A stretch of 64,000 nucleotides of DNA from the human T2T-CHM13v2.0 reference genome, Homo sapiens (GCF_009914755.1 NC_060934.1), one strand, 5' to 3'. Numbered from the stretch's first letter, positions 1-14,973 are shown. The notes: generated by a model not told the origin, from the sequence alone. A program made the numbers and translations.

Positions 1-109
1 GCCAAGGAATATGAGATTGAGAGACTTCTGTCAAATGCCTTTGCAGGGTTCTCTGGCACGCAGGCAGAGCAGGGGCTAATAACCGAGAAAAGCAGAGTGG
101 CACTTGGTG

Positions 110-830
<721 letters not shown>

Positions 831-1598
831 GGTTTTTAATTGCCAGCTCTAAGTTCTGCAAAGGCAGTGACAACATCTTAGACGTCTGTAGATTCCAGGA
901 ACCTTGCACAGCGCCAGAAACATGTGAGAGTTCACGTCCAGCTTGCGGAACACTGAGGATGAAAATGATGAAATGCATTAGTGCATAGCTGGGCAGATGG
1001 ACAGAGCAGCCCTTCAAGGGAACTGATGTTTCTCTTCCCGAAAGTGTTCAGGGGGTGTGGCAGATGCTCTTGGTGATCTGCATCACATCCCCCGGCCCAC
1101 CTCTGGTTCAGCCACAGCTGCGATGGCCCAGGTCATACATGCTGACAACATCCACCTCCCACAGCAAGCCAAGGCAGCAGGAAAAAGGAAGAAAAAGAGT
1201 GAAGCCTCACAGTAAAGAGGAGGTGTCTCACCGGTATTGGGCTACAGAGAAAAGCCAAAGCCTCTGTGCCACACTCTTGGGTTGACCGTGCCACGCTCTT
1301 GGGTTGACCGAGCCACAGCCAACGTCAAAACAAACAAGATAACATGGATTTTCATATTGGATTAAAAATCAAAACACAACCAACTATGGGGCCAAATGAT
1401 TCATACCTGAATAATTTCTGTGTGAACAATGCTGGAAACCTTCACATAACAACCAGATTGTTTCCTGGCAAAGGTACAGAGATTTCGCAGAGGCCAAACA
1501 GGGTCCTGCCCTTCCAGCCGCAGAGCAGAGACCGGACCCAGACCGGGACCCTGGAGCTGGGGGTTTCACAGCCAGTCACAGTGCAGCCCTTTAATAGG

Positions 1599-1769
1599 CA
1601 GAGTTGCCCGATTTAGCAAATTACAATACAGAATGCCTGGTTACGTTTGAATTTCGGATAAACAATGAATAATTTCCTAGTGCAAGCATGTCCTAAATAT
1701 TGCACAGGACATATCGTTTCTCTGAATTCAAATGAAACTGGGCATCTTATATCTCATCTGGCAACCCTA
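1599..1769. mobile_element. MER33-like hAT-Charlie DNA transposon remnant
   Basis: Terminal inverted repeats cagagttgcc ... tggcaaccct and internal gatttagcaaat...tttgaatttc consensus. Confidence 0.7.
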
Positions 1770-2106
1770 GCTAAGGGGGATTTATCCAGATTTTCTGTAA
1801 CCAGAATTTTCTGGAACCAAAGTTAGTTATTACTTTTGTCTCTTAATCCCTGCTTCATAACAACATAAGTGCTAGACCCAAGATCTGGCAAAATTTACCA
1901 ACGTAAGCCAAGAAAGTGCTGAAAACCTGATAGCACTGTCATAACCAACAATTATTTCCCCTCAGTTCGTTCAACAAACACCTGCTGAGCACCCATTCTA
2001 TGCCAGGTGCCACACCAAGTGTCTACGAAGACAACCGAAGCCTTCACAGCAAAGGCGGATCATGATGCTCACAGAGCAAAGAAAAACATCAAATAATTTC
2101 AAAAAC

Positions 2107-2310
2107 GGGGTGGTGGGCAAGGGGAGGGAAAGCATTAGGACAAAAGCTAATGCATGCGGGGCTTAAAACCTAGATGACGGGTTGATGAGTGCAGCAAACC
2201 ACCATGGCACATGTATACCTATGTAACAAACCTGCACGTTCTGCACATGGATCCCAGAACTTAAAGTAAAAGAAAAAAAAGAAAATAAGAAGATAAAGTT
2301 AAAAAAAAAA
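2107..2310 (+). mobile_element. 5'-truncated L1PA 3' end with poly(A)
   Basis: gcagcaaaccaccatggcacatgtatacctatgtaacaaacctgcacgttctgcacatg...cccagaacttaaagt followed by an A tail. Confidence 0.9.
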
Positions 2311-2727
2311 ATTAAACAGGTTCAATTCAAGCCCTTCTTGGGCATCAACTGAAATGCAGGACACTGTGCTAGTCTCTGGTCGAGGGGACTTGACCTTGCG
2401 GGATGTGTGGCTGGTCAGTAGCCTGTCCTCAAAGACAGCTGCAGTGTCAGCCACCAGGTCTTCCAAATAAAAGGTCATAAAGCTGTATTTCCAGTGGTTC
2501 TCTTCTTTCCAATGACGCTTCCTCAGTTCTTAGGATTATTTGAAGATTGACATTTTATTGGACACTTACACAGGAGTGATATGATTAAAAAGCAAGCCAT
2601 AAATTGGTTAGTACCCAGTCCTTTTATTTGCCTTCCCACACATGTGAAGCACCCACAGAGAACAGCCAGAGAACACAGCAAACTGGCTTCCAGGGCATGT
2701 GGAGGAAGGGAGATTCTAACCACCTAG

Positions 2728-3097
<370 letters not shown>

Positions 3098-3389
3098 AAA
3101 ATTAACCATTTTTAGGTATACAAACAAATAGCATTTAGTACATCCACAATGTTGTGCAAACACCACCTCTATTAAGTTCCAAAACATCTCCATCACCCCA
3201 AGGAAACTCTGTAACCATCCAGCAGCCACTTTCCATTTCTCCCTCCTCCCAGCCCCAGGCAACTACCAATCTGCTTTCTGTCTCTACGGATTTGTGTGTT
3301 CTGGACATTTCAGCTAAATGGAATCATACACATGTGACCTTTTCAGTCTGGCTTCTTTCACTTAGCATAATGTTTTCGAGACTCCGTCA

Positions 3390-4440
3390 CACTGTAGCAT
3401 GTGTCCGTGTTGTGGCCTGTATCCGTGCTGCGGCATGTGTCTGTGTTATAGCGTGTATCCATGTTGTAGCATGTATCTGCATTGTGGCATGTGTCCATGT
3501 GATACCATGTATCCACATTATGGCATGTATCCATGTTGTGGGATGTGTCCATGTTGTACCATGTATCTGTGTTGTGACATATGTCCATGCTGTAGCATGT
3601 ATCCGTGTTGTGGCATGTGTCCAGGTTGTACCATGTATCTGTGTTATCACATGCATCCATGTTATGGGATGTGTCCATGTTGTACCATGTGTCCATGTTG
3701 TCCGGGTTGTCACATGCATCCATGTTGTAGCATGTGTTCATGTTGTAGCGTGTATCCTTGTTGTAGTGTGTGTCCCTGTTGTAGCGTGTCCATGTTGTAG
3801 CGTGTGTCCCTGTTGTAGTGTGTGTCCGTGTTGTAGTGTGTGTCCCTGTTGTAGCGTGTCCATGTTGTAGCGTGTGTCCCTGTTGTAGCGTGTCCATGTT
3901 GTAGCGTGTGTCCCTGTTGTAGCGTGTGTCCGTGTTGTAGCATGTGTCCCTGTTGTAGCGTGTGTCCATGTTGTAGCGTGTATCCATGTTGTAGCGTGTA
4001 TCCATGTTGTAGCGTGTGCCCATGTTGTGGCGTGTGTCCCTGTTGTAGCGTGTGTCCGTGTTGTGGCATGCATCCATGTTATCATATGTATCTGTGTTTT
4101 CGCATGTGTCCATGTTGTAGCGTGTATCCATGTTGTAGCGTGTGTCCATGTTGTAGCGTGTGTCCACGTTGTAGCATGTGTCCCTGTTGTAGCGTGTGTC
4201 CGTGTTGTGGCATGCATCCATGTTATCATATGTATCTGTGTTTTCACATGTGTCCATGTTGTAGCGTGTGTCCATGTTGCAGCGTGTGTCCGTGTTGTAG
4301 CGTGTGTCCCTGTTGTAGCGTGTGTCCGTGTTGTGGCATGCATCCATGTTATCATATGTATCTGTGTTTTCGCATGTGTCCATGTTGTAGCGTGTATCCA
4401 TGTTATAGCATGTGTCCGTGTTGTGGCATGTATCTGTGTT
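3390..4440. repeat. 18-bp minisatellite (tgtgtccatgttgtagcg)n, about 58 copies
   Basis: Direct tandem periodicity with occasional 16-bp units; embedded in an L1 3' end. Confidence 0.97.
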
Positions 4441-4639
4441 TCATTCCTTTTCATGCCTGGATAATATTCCATTGTACGCATATACCACATTTTGTTTTTC
4501 CATTCACCTGTTCAGGAGCATTTTTGTTGTTTCCACTTTGGGGCTACTGTGAATACTGCTACTGTAGACATTTCTGAACAAGTATTTAAGTACCTGCTTT
4601 CAGTTATTTTGAATACATACCCAGAGGATGTGCTCCATC

Positions 4640-5015
4640 TTTACATCAATGACTCTCAATCCTGACTATACTCTCTAGTAACCTAGAAGGGTTTAGAAAG
4701 AATTCCAGACAACCCACTCTAGACAAGTCCTACCCTAGACAAGTGAATTTGAATGTATTGGGGGGGCTACGGAGCTGTACTTTTGGGTGTGATATTCTAT
4801 ACATGTATATTAAAAACTTAAACGTCTATAAGTAATTTAAAAATTTTAGTTATTTGTAAAGTTAAGAATAATGCTGACTATTTTTTCTGCCACTCAACAG
4901 GTGTAGTCGTATGACTTTCATGGTTTACTCTTTCTAGTCCTTGCTTTTTAAAAAAAGTTTTATGGAAGTTTAATTTACACACCATAAGATTTACTCATTT
5001 TAAGTGTACAATTTA
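4640..5015 (-). repeat. Inverted copy of 7197-7579
   Basis: Reverse complement aligned by eye over about 375 bp. Confidence 0.95.
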
Positions 5016-5021
5016 CTATAT

Positions 5022-5155
5022 ACCTAGCATAGGTGCTCTGTAAGTGTTTGTTGAAGGAACTGAGGGAGAAATAACTGTTGGTTATGACAGTGATATTAGG
5101 TTTTCAGCATTCTCTTGACTTACATTGGTAAATTTTGCCAGATCTTGGGTCTTGC
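5022..5155 (-). repeat. Inverted copy of 1871-2010
   Basis: ttggtaaattttgccagatcttgggtct is the exact reverse complement of agacccaagatctggcaaaatttaccaa; similarity extends about 135 bp. Confidence 0.9.
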
Positions 5156-5901
5156 TAGATCTCTTAACTTGCTCGTTTTAACTTTTTAAGGAATCTTCAA
5201 ATATTTTCCTGCTTCATTTTACATTCCTACCAGCAATGTACGAGGGTCCTAATTTTTCCACATCTTCCCCAAGGCTTGTAACTTTCCTTTGTTTGTTCCA
5301 TTATAGCCATCCTAGGGTGTGAGAAGTGGTTTTGGTTTGCATTTTCCTAATGACTAATTGTGTTGAGCACCTTTTCTGATGCTTTTTGGCCATTCATATG
5401 TCTTCTTTGGAAGGACGTCTGTTCAAGTCCTTTGCTCGTATTTTAATTGGGTTGTTTATCCTTTTGTGGTTGAGTTGTAAGGATTCTTTGTATATTCTGG
5501 ACACTAGACTCCTATCAAATATATGACTTGCAAATATTTTCCCCTATTCTGTAGGTTGTCTTTTTAGAATGTATTTTTTTAAGAGCATAACCTGATACTC
5601 TATCTCTTTCTTTCGTGTTCTTAAGGGCCAAACACTTCTCGGTGATGAACCAGATGGCAGGAGAACATGAAAACAGTTACAAAGGTCTCCCCATTCCTAG
5701 AGTTAAGATTTCCTTTTAATGTTAGGTTAGCGCAAGGTCTTGTAAGTCCTTCAGTTTTGATAGAGATGAGGAATTGAGGTTACCCAGGAACCCCAGGTGG
5801 CAGCTTGGAAACGGGGTCAAGCAGCCCAGGAAAAAAAAAAAGAGTTTAGAAAACAAAGTGGCGGGAACTACAGCGGAATATTGCTAGAAAACAGGACATC
5901 A

Positions 5902-6080
5902 CAGTCTAGACCCCAAACTTTATTGTCCGTTGCAATCACAAGGGGATCTTCTTAATAAAAATACTGACACTTAGTTTCCATCGGCAGCTATTTGATTTCA
6001 TTGGCATGGGTGAGGCTTAAGCAATAGATTTATAAAAGCTCCCGTGGATTCTAACGGGCGGCAAAGTTTGGGAACCACTG
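5902..6080. mobile_element. MER5-like hAT DNA transposon
   Basis: Ends in caaagtttgggaaccactg, with internal MER5-like motifs. Confidence 0.6.
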
Positions 6081-6559
6081 AGGTTGGCAATGGAGCCGTC
6101 AAACCACAGGGATGAAGGCTGACGCTAAGCCAGACTTGGAGCCTCTTCTCTCAACGTGGAGTTGGGGTTGGAGCAGGAGGACTGTGGGAAGGGCAAGTCC
6201 CACAAGTCCAAGAAGCCAGAGAGGGACTCAAGTACCTTTAAGAAGCTCTTTTTTGACACCAAATGTCCTGAACAATCATGCTTTTCTCCAAAAGAAGATG
6301 AGATACCTAATTTAACGAGCTTAAGACTGTATTACGAAGACTGCACCGGCCCACTGAGCTTGGCTATTGGGATTTCTCCATCTCTGGTCTCCATGTGGAA
6401 GAGCAGAAGCAGGAGATGGGAAGAGGTTGTTTCCACCAACCACATAATTCTACACTGGCCTGTATCTGAGAGTGAAAACTTGTCGGTGGAAAAGAGGAAC
6501 AAAATACATTTTAACAAGGATCTAAAGTCAGAGTAATCTGAAGGGCCCCATGAAATTGA

Positions 6560-6893
<334 letters not shown>

Positions 6894-7029
6894 TAATTTA
6901 AAATCTGCTTCTGTAGGTCAAGATTTTGATATAGTTAATATTCCTAAGGTCTGCTGGAAAATCCAAGGGAATAGATCTCAACCTTTACTGAGCATCTGAA
7001 TTAGCTGCAGTGCTTTTAAAAATATAGCT

Positions 7030-7262
7030 GTTTGAAGTCTACAGGGATGAAGAGTGGATCAGCGGTTGCCTGGGGCTGGGGAAGCAACAGGATGTGACTG
7101 CAAATGGGTACAGGGATCCTTTTGAGGTGGTAGCAGCGTTCTAAAATTGGACCCTGATGATGGTTGTACAACTCTGCCAATGTACTAAAAATCATTAAAT
7201 TATACACTTCAAATAAGTAAATGTTACAGTGTGTAAATTAAACTTCCCTAAAACTTTTTTAA
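7030..7262 (+). mobile_element. L1M 3' terminal fragment
   Basis: gcggttgcctggggctggg...ctaaaattgg...gatggttgtacaactctg...aattatacactt consensus. Confidence 0.75.
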
Positions 7263-8546
7263 AAAGCAAGGAATAGAAGGGATAAACTATGAAAATCATA
7301 CAACCACACCTGTCAAGTGGCAGAAAAAAATAATCAGCATTATTCTTAACTTTACAAATAACTAAAAATTTTTTAATCACTCATAGATTTTTAAGTTTTT
7401 AATATACATGTATAGAATATCACACCCAAAAGTACAGCTCCGTAGCCCCACCCTAATACATTCAAATTCACTTGTCTAGGCTAGGGTAGGACTTGTCTAG
7501 AGTACGTTGTCTGGAATTCTTTCTAAACCCTTCTAGGTTACTAGAGAGTATAGTCAGGATTGAGAGTCATTGATGTAAAATCACAAGGATAATAAAGTAA
7601 GTAAGGTATTCTTTTTCTCACTTGATGTTTCTCATTTTATTTTACCCCTAGTCATTGGGGATCTTGTCATAAATGAAAATTTTCTGCCAAAAAAAGTATT
7701 GGAATCATGGCAGGGGTAGTAATTTAGGCCATAAGTGAGACAGTTGGAAGTTTATGAGTTTAGCAAAGACAGTAGAGTAACCAGCCTTAAAACAATCACA
7801 CAGTGGGAATATCTGTCTCGGAATACCAGTGAGAATATACCTTCAGAAATCACACATCCCAGGCATGTTTCAGGAAAGCGTTCATTTCAAATACTCTGTT
7901 CCACTGAGCTCTTAAAGCATGAGAATATTGTAGAGGATAAGAACTGCGGAAGTGGAGAACGGAGAGACAGTAGAGACAGGGAGTCTTGTATTTCACCGTA
8001 TACCAATTTGTAATGCTTGAGATTTTCAACCACGTACCTGTGTTAACTATTTTAATAAACAGAAATTATAATGTTTCATCTTCCAAAATACGTCTCACAG
8101 GATTGCCTTTTACACTGGGAAAGATCCCATTAATTTACAATTCAACAGATGTGGGTTCAATCCTGATATATCATAAAGTAAACTGAGGCAAAGGTGGATT
8201 GTATTGCTCTTAGCCTTTCTTTTTATTTTTATATTTAGGAAGAGAGTTGGAATTTGAACTCCACCCACAGTAATGTACAGTCTATTTAATGAGGAGGTAG
8301 ATAGTGCAGTGGTTAAGGGTATAACTTGGAATAAAATAGACCTATGTTTAAATTCTATTTCTATCCATAATTAAATATGAGACCTTGTCCATATTACTGA
8401 ACCTCTGTTTTAGTAAGTAAGTTTTCTCAGCTTCTTCATAATTAAAATGGGGATTGAAAAAAAAAAGCTAAGAGGGTTGTTATAAAAATTGCATGAGATA
8501 ATACACTCTGCAAGTGCTTAGTCTAGTATCTAGCACACAGTAGTAA

Positions 8547-8942
<396 letters not shown>

Positions 8943-9741
8943 TTAGACAAATTCCAGAAGTTAGATTTCTTAACACAGCCAGATCTATCAGCGGAATGTA
9001 TTGGCTTGGACCTCATTCACACAATCATAGTTTTGGTGCAAGCCCAATTCCAGTTTGATCTTTAGCCTGGATTTCTTCTGGAAAAACACAGCCGTGTCCA
9101 GACAAAATCACAACATCCTGTGCTTCAAGCTGCTAAGGCTGCCATTTTGCAGGAACAATAACCGCTGAGCTCTGAAAGACGGGAGTGGGGAGCAGCAAAA
9201 AGGGAATCCGTCCACTGCACCTGGCTCTGGGACATGCTTGTAAAAGCTTCATGTTCTGGACGGCAAAGTATCTGCTTTGGTACAAGGAGCTAAGAAAACA
9301 ATTTCCTTAAAAACAAACAGATCCCAAGAGATCAACCGTTTGGAAAAATTCCTCTGAGACACTAACAGGCCCCGAATATAAACAGTAAGCAACTTTTTTT
9401 AGCTAACAGTCATAATTCATACTCCCTCCAAACAAAACACATACACACCCCACAACACGTACACATCTCTGAAGAGTCATTATGATTCTGAAAATTAGGC
9501 AAAACACATTTCATTACTGCAACAGGACTCCCCTCTGAACCTTCTGCTGACACAGCTACTGAATGTGTTCTCATCCCAGACACACTTCACAGATACTCTA
9601 CCCTCCTTACGAGATCCTGACAACTCTGCCCCCTGAGAAAATACTTCTTTCCCACAGTTGCACATGAGAAAATTTTCTTCCGAGGTACTGTTAGAGAGAA
9701 ATGAAATTTTAAAACATTCTTAGTTATTTGTGTTTGCTTTT

Positions 9742-9877
9742 CTTTTTATTTATTTATCTATTTTTTTCATAGAGACAAGTTCTTACTATGTTGTCCAGGC
9801 TGGTCTCAAACTCCTGATCTTCCCACCTTGGCCTCCCAAAGTGCTGGGATTACAGGTGTGAGCCACCATCCCTGGCC
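9742..9877 (-). mobile_element. FLAM/Alu left monomer
   Basis: Single antisense Alu arm. Confidence 0.85.
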
Positions 9878-11560
9878 TGCTTTTCTTCTGTAGTTCGAAG
9901 ACACTCAATTAGCTACCTACTGTTTAACAGGCATTATGTTAAGTGCTAAGGAGACACAGGTTAATCAGAAACAGACCTGCTTTCGAAGGCACCAATGATC
10001 TTATTACAGAGGTAAGTTTTGCAACAGAGAAAAGTCAATATAATGTGAAAACTAGTAATAATTTTTAAGCTCTCATTCTGCGGCCAACCCTTTACATACA
10101 TGAGCACTTCACAATGACCCATGAGCTAGTTATTACCCCTGTTTCCCAGATGTGCAAGCCAAGTCTTACAGCCTTGCATTTTTTACAAGGTTACAATTAA
10201 CAACTGAACTAAAATCCATTAACCATACAGCTACCACCTGCATGACCTAAGAATGGTGTATTGGATCTCATGCCATTTCTAAATGCCAGGTACCTTGACA
10301 ATATTTTTGCTTTTTCTAGATACCAGCTAGATCTGGATTAAGAATGTCAAGCTCATTGTTTGGAGTCAACACATAACAAAGGACTTGAGTCCAACACATA
10401 ACAAAGGACCTGGGTCTCTCGCAGAGCCAGGAAACGCTCAGTCTGTGAGAGTGAATGGCCTCTCACATAGTCATTAACTCAACTGCATGCTGGGGGAGAA
10501 AGTGTATTTTCCGCACTGTTTGCCCCTCCATAGACCACCAGCTCTAGGCCTTGGTTATTTTTGCATTATGTTAAATACCAACATTCTCTGATTCCGCTTG
10601 TCCAGGCAACGCTCTCTCTCTTCTCCTGCCGATCTTATCCCTAAATACCCTGGTCCAAGAAGACTTCCTGGGTCATTCTATGATTGTGCAGCCGCAGGCA
10701 CTGAATACAGATTCTGCACATACTCTGCTCATCATTTACCATTTCTCCACTCTCAATGTCACAATTCTCTGAAATCTTAAAATTCCAGTCCTGGTGCAAT
10801 TTTTGAACATTCCTGTCTCATCCAATTCAACACTGACCAGGCTTACTGGTATATTAAGTATACAGCCCAACACAAGTCAATATTTAATATATACTATTAG
10901 CTGAAATTCATATAGTAACTAAAGTCACTCTTTTAGACTTTGTGAAAACCAGAAAGCCCCCTCCCAAAAAAAGAAAAAAAATACGGTGATTAAAACTAGA
11001 TTATACTGTAGTTTTTCATTTCAATAAATGAAGAGCTATTTTAAAAATCAGAATTTGAGAAAATTTAAAAATCAGAATAATTCTGCTAATGAATCAAGAT
11101 GCCTGTATCTTACATCTATACTAAGCATTTTTCATTATTTAAATTTAGAAAGAATATAACATATTGCTGAATGTTAAAAAACAGATTTTTAGAAAATGGC
11201 CCCACAATCTCATACCCCTGATACAAAATGATTATTTTCTATAACTTTCTAGTATTTTATCAGCTTCATATTTAACATTATAGTACATATACAATTTGCC
11301 TTTTCTTCTCTGCCACATGCTGAATTGTTTTATAATCGTAATTTACTAATCTCTTCCATATAATTGAATCTTTAGGCTGATGGAATGTCTTTGCTACCAC
11401 AAATATTATCAAACGAGCTTGTGCATATGACATTCCCAATATGTTAGATGTTCTACCTAGGATAGATTTCCAGAAGTGGTATTATTGCATCAATAACTCA
11501 TACATTTTTAATCTCCTGTTACAGCATGGGCTGTATTTTATTTTTAATAAAAAAAAAATG

Positions 11561-11853
<293 letters not shown>

Positions 11854-12016
11854 TACCAGTTGCTGTCTTAGCTTCATTGCTATCATTCCAGTTCCTACAA
11901 AAATGCAAAGGCTTTGCTGAAGGGAAGGGTGCCATCTCTTGCAGATTTCTCCGAAGCCAAGGACCAGCTGGGTGTTTTCACCACAGATCTGCACGAACCC
12001 AGCACGCAGGACTCAC

Positions 12017-12267
12017 CTTCCCCGCGCCCACTGCCCCTCTGCCTGCTGTTGTGAAGCGGCAGCACCTCCAGGGATGCGATGCCCGCGCTCTCCAGGATAT
12101 TCACGTCCACGCTCAGCCTCCCGGACAGCTGCTGGGGCCGCACGCTGATGCTGTGCTCGTACTTGCCCAGGCGCCTCTGCAGAAGCTCCTCATAACTCAG
12201 GAAAAAGGCGGCTTTGTCCTTGCTGGGAATCACTGCAGAAGCTCTGAATATTTCAGTCCCCTTCTCT
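12017..12267 (-). CDS. ITIH5: ITIH5 coding exon 5 (EKGTEIFRASAVIP...YEELLQRRLGKYE...GSGRGE)
   Basis: ttcctgacag|A acceptor and GAAG|gtgagt donor; 251 nt, phase 2-1; contains the ITIH-family motif LSYEELLQRRLGKYE; within ORF 11895..12362. Confidence 0.97.
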
Positions 12268-12789
12268 CTGTCAGGAAAAAGGAAAAGGACCCCAGGGAGG
12301 TTCGGAAGAGGATAGAGCCAGGTTCCCTCAGTCCCCACAGGGCACCAGCCATACCCTCTCAACCAGCCTGCCAGGGAGACCCATGGGTGTGAGTGTGGGT
12401 CCTGAGAAAGGAAAAATAAAAATTCGTATTAGAAGAAGTGAAACCCCGTGCTAGAGGTAGGTCACGAAGGGTCAAAGAATACCGACCAGGAGAGGATTCT
12501 AAGAATACTGTCCTACCTCTCCCTGAGACAGACCCAAGGGAGCAATGGGAAAGGACGTTGAGTAGGTGAACTGCTAGAAGAGAGAGCTTTGGAGTGAAGC
12601 TGTGAATTGTGCTCTCCCTTTACAAGGATGGCCAATGAATCTTGGCATTTTACATAACTTTAAAATAGCTAACATACTAGGTTTTCACATCTTGGTAAAG
12701 TTTGGTGGATATGTTTAGCAGGAAAGGTAGGGAATAAAGGACTCCAAAGCTGACAAAAATACACTCCAGATGCTTTCAGTACTTGGAGT

Positions 12790-13600
12790 GAGGGTTCTCT
12801 TATTCAAAATGGCAGACTGATCACTAGAGGAATAAGTGGGAGTGGCAACCGTTAGTAGGTAAGACATTTCAAGAAGTTTCCAGAAGGCTTGGGGTGTTCA
12901 GTAGAGCAAGAATTTTATAGCTCAGAACATGCAGCAAAGGGCTGCAGCAAAGGAGAGAACCCAACTGTGTGGCAGAATCAGAGAGAGTGCAGGCTCTGAA
13001 TTCAGGACACCACAAGATGGAAGGGAAAAGGGAGACCCAGTATAGACAGGATAATTCCAAGTCCAATGTGAATGAATGACTAAGCTGATAGGCTTTCTAT
13101 ACTCCTCCTTCCCAGAACTGGAAAGAGACATAAGTATTGAAATGGAAAAATTCAAGCACTGAGCAGAATGAATGAAAAGAGACTGACACCGAAACCCGCC
13201 ATTGTAAAACTTCAGAACATCACACAGAGAAAACGTAAAAGTGATGTTATCTGGTCCCATTAGATGTATCATCAATACTACTGGATGTTATAAGACATTG
13301 GAGCAATGCCTCAAAGTTCAAAAGGAAAAGTATTTTGACCTTAAAGTCATACACAGCCAAAATATTAATCAAGGTCTCAGAAAGTTTACTTCTCATGCAC
13401 CCATTCTGAGAAAGTTACTTCAGAATATAACTTCTGCAAAATAAAGGTGAAAGCCAAGAAAGAGGAAAATGTGGAATACACGAAATAAAAAAGCCAACCC
13501 AGAAGAATACGAAAAGAGATACCAGGGTAAAAGTTTTGCATCAAGGCTGAAAAGCAATGAAAGTATTTCATGGATATAAAGACATCCATGTTTTAATAGC
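12790..13600 (+). mobile_element. Ancient L1M 5' part (5' UTR and ORF1 remnant)
   Basis: ORF 13241..13444 ends LRKFTSHAPILRKLL, resembling the ORF1p C-terminus; highly degenerate. Confidence 0.45.
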
Positions 13601-13877
13601 TCTGAAATCAGAATGTCTCCCAATCAGTGATGTCTTTCAGCTGCTGTTGGCCAGATATCAGGAGTGATAAGGATGTCACTGCTTGCAGAAACTTGTTCAT
13701 AGCTGTTCATTTTGTTATGTTAAATCATAACATATTTTAAATAATGGTTATGTGTCTCGCTAGATGTTATATCATTTTATATCATAAGAAAAAAGAAAAG
13801 CAGTTAGAAACTCCAGGAAAAACAGAAACATATGTCATGATTCAACTAAACTAATCTGTAGTGTGACTCTGAACAAT

Positions 13878-14410
13878 TGTGATAAAGACCACTTGGGATA
13901 AATCTATAGTCTAACAGAGTTAGGTTTTAATAACTTGCCACAGCAAGGGAGACCACATACCAGAGGCACGATGAGGCAACTCATCAAACAAAGAAAGAGA
14001 CAGGGTTTTTATAGAATTAGGGGAAGGATGGAGTATAGGTTAAATTTAAATAGAGCAGTGTTCAGACAGGCTCAAAGCAAAGGCTGTGTGTAAAACCATC
14101 ATTTCCGCCTGGACTGACAAGCAGACTAAAGATTCTCTATGTCTTTAGAAACTACGACATTAAGATAAACGTGGAATTTTGTGCCTTTGAAAATCCCTTA
14201 TCTGAAGCTCTGGACCTTGGTTGCTTTTCTGTATCAAAGTGAACCCATGGCTCATGTCCTCCAGACAAGAGTGAGGCATTCCCTTGTCACTAATAAAATT
14301 TCCAACAGCAAAGTTTCTGGCAGTCTATAATTTTAGAGAACTAAATTTCTCAAAATGATGTCTTTTTATTCATGAGGAAAACCGGGTTACCAGGTTCACA
14401 CCATTTTATC
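13878..14410. mobile_element. Probable ERV LTR fragment
   Basis: Starts with tg and has LTR-like antisense motifs (agggagaccacat..., gggtttttatag); family not resolved. Confidence 0.4.
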
Positions 14411-14973
14411 TAGATACAAAGATCATTTTTCTGCCAAGGGGATGAAGGCCTACACATTGGGCTGGTGAAGAGGAAAAAATAATCTTAGTGTACTAGGTGG
14501 CTCTGCATGCAGTTCATGTTATTTCTATAGGCATTAAAAAGCAATTGCTATGTATTGGTTTCAATGTTTAGATTCCATTTATAAACAAAAGAAAGAATAA
14601 AAGTATTACAAGTCAGAATTAAGATGCTAATAACTCAAACAATGATTAGGTAACATCATGAAATGAGAAAGGAGAGAGACAGTGGAGGTTAGGAGAGGGA
14701 ATATAATCATTTAAGATAGTAGGGATAGTCCAAGATAGTCTAAACACTGTTGGATTGATGGAAGAAGAAATAAAAGAATAATATAAAAATGTGAATGCAG
14801 AGTAAAAGTAGGAGTATTGTTAATTTGCTAAATACCCTTTCTTTATAGCAAAGAGTCAACAGATAATGTCTTATTTTTATCAAAAAAAATTTTTTGAAGT
14901 ATGACTATCACAATATTTAGAGTTAGGGGGTAACTACAAAAAAAAAAAAAAAAAAAAAAAAAAACTACGTACA

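Noticed and set aside
3154-4577. Long Cys-rich (CPCCSV)n, (VVACVH)n and (NMDTRY)n ORFs resembling keratin-associated proteins or metallothionein
   Set aside because: They are translations of an 18-bp L1-derived minisatellite, open in several frames on both strands, with no promoter or splice context.
4640-5155. Insert as a retrocopy of a spliced ITIH5-sense RNA joining 7197 to 2010
   Set aside because: The order fits the minus strand, but the donor side continues with aatgatt rather than GT, and there is no poly(A) tail.
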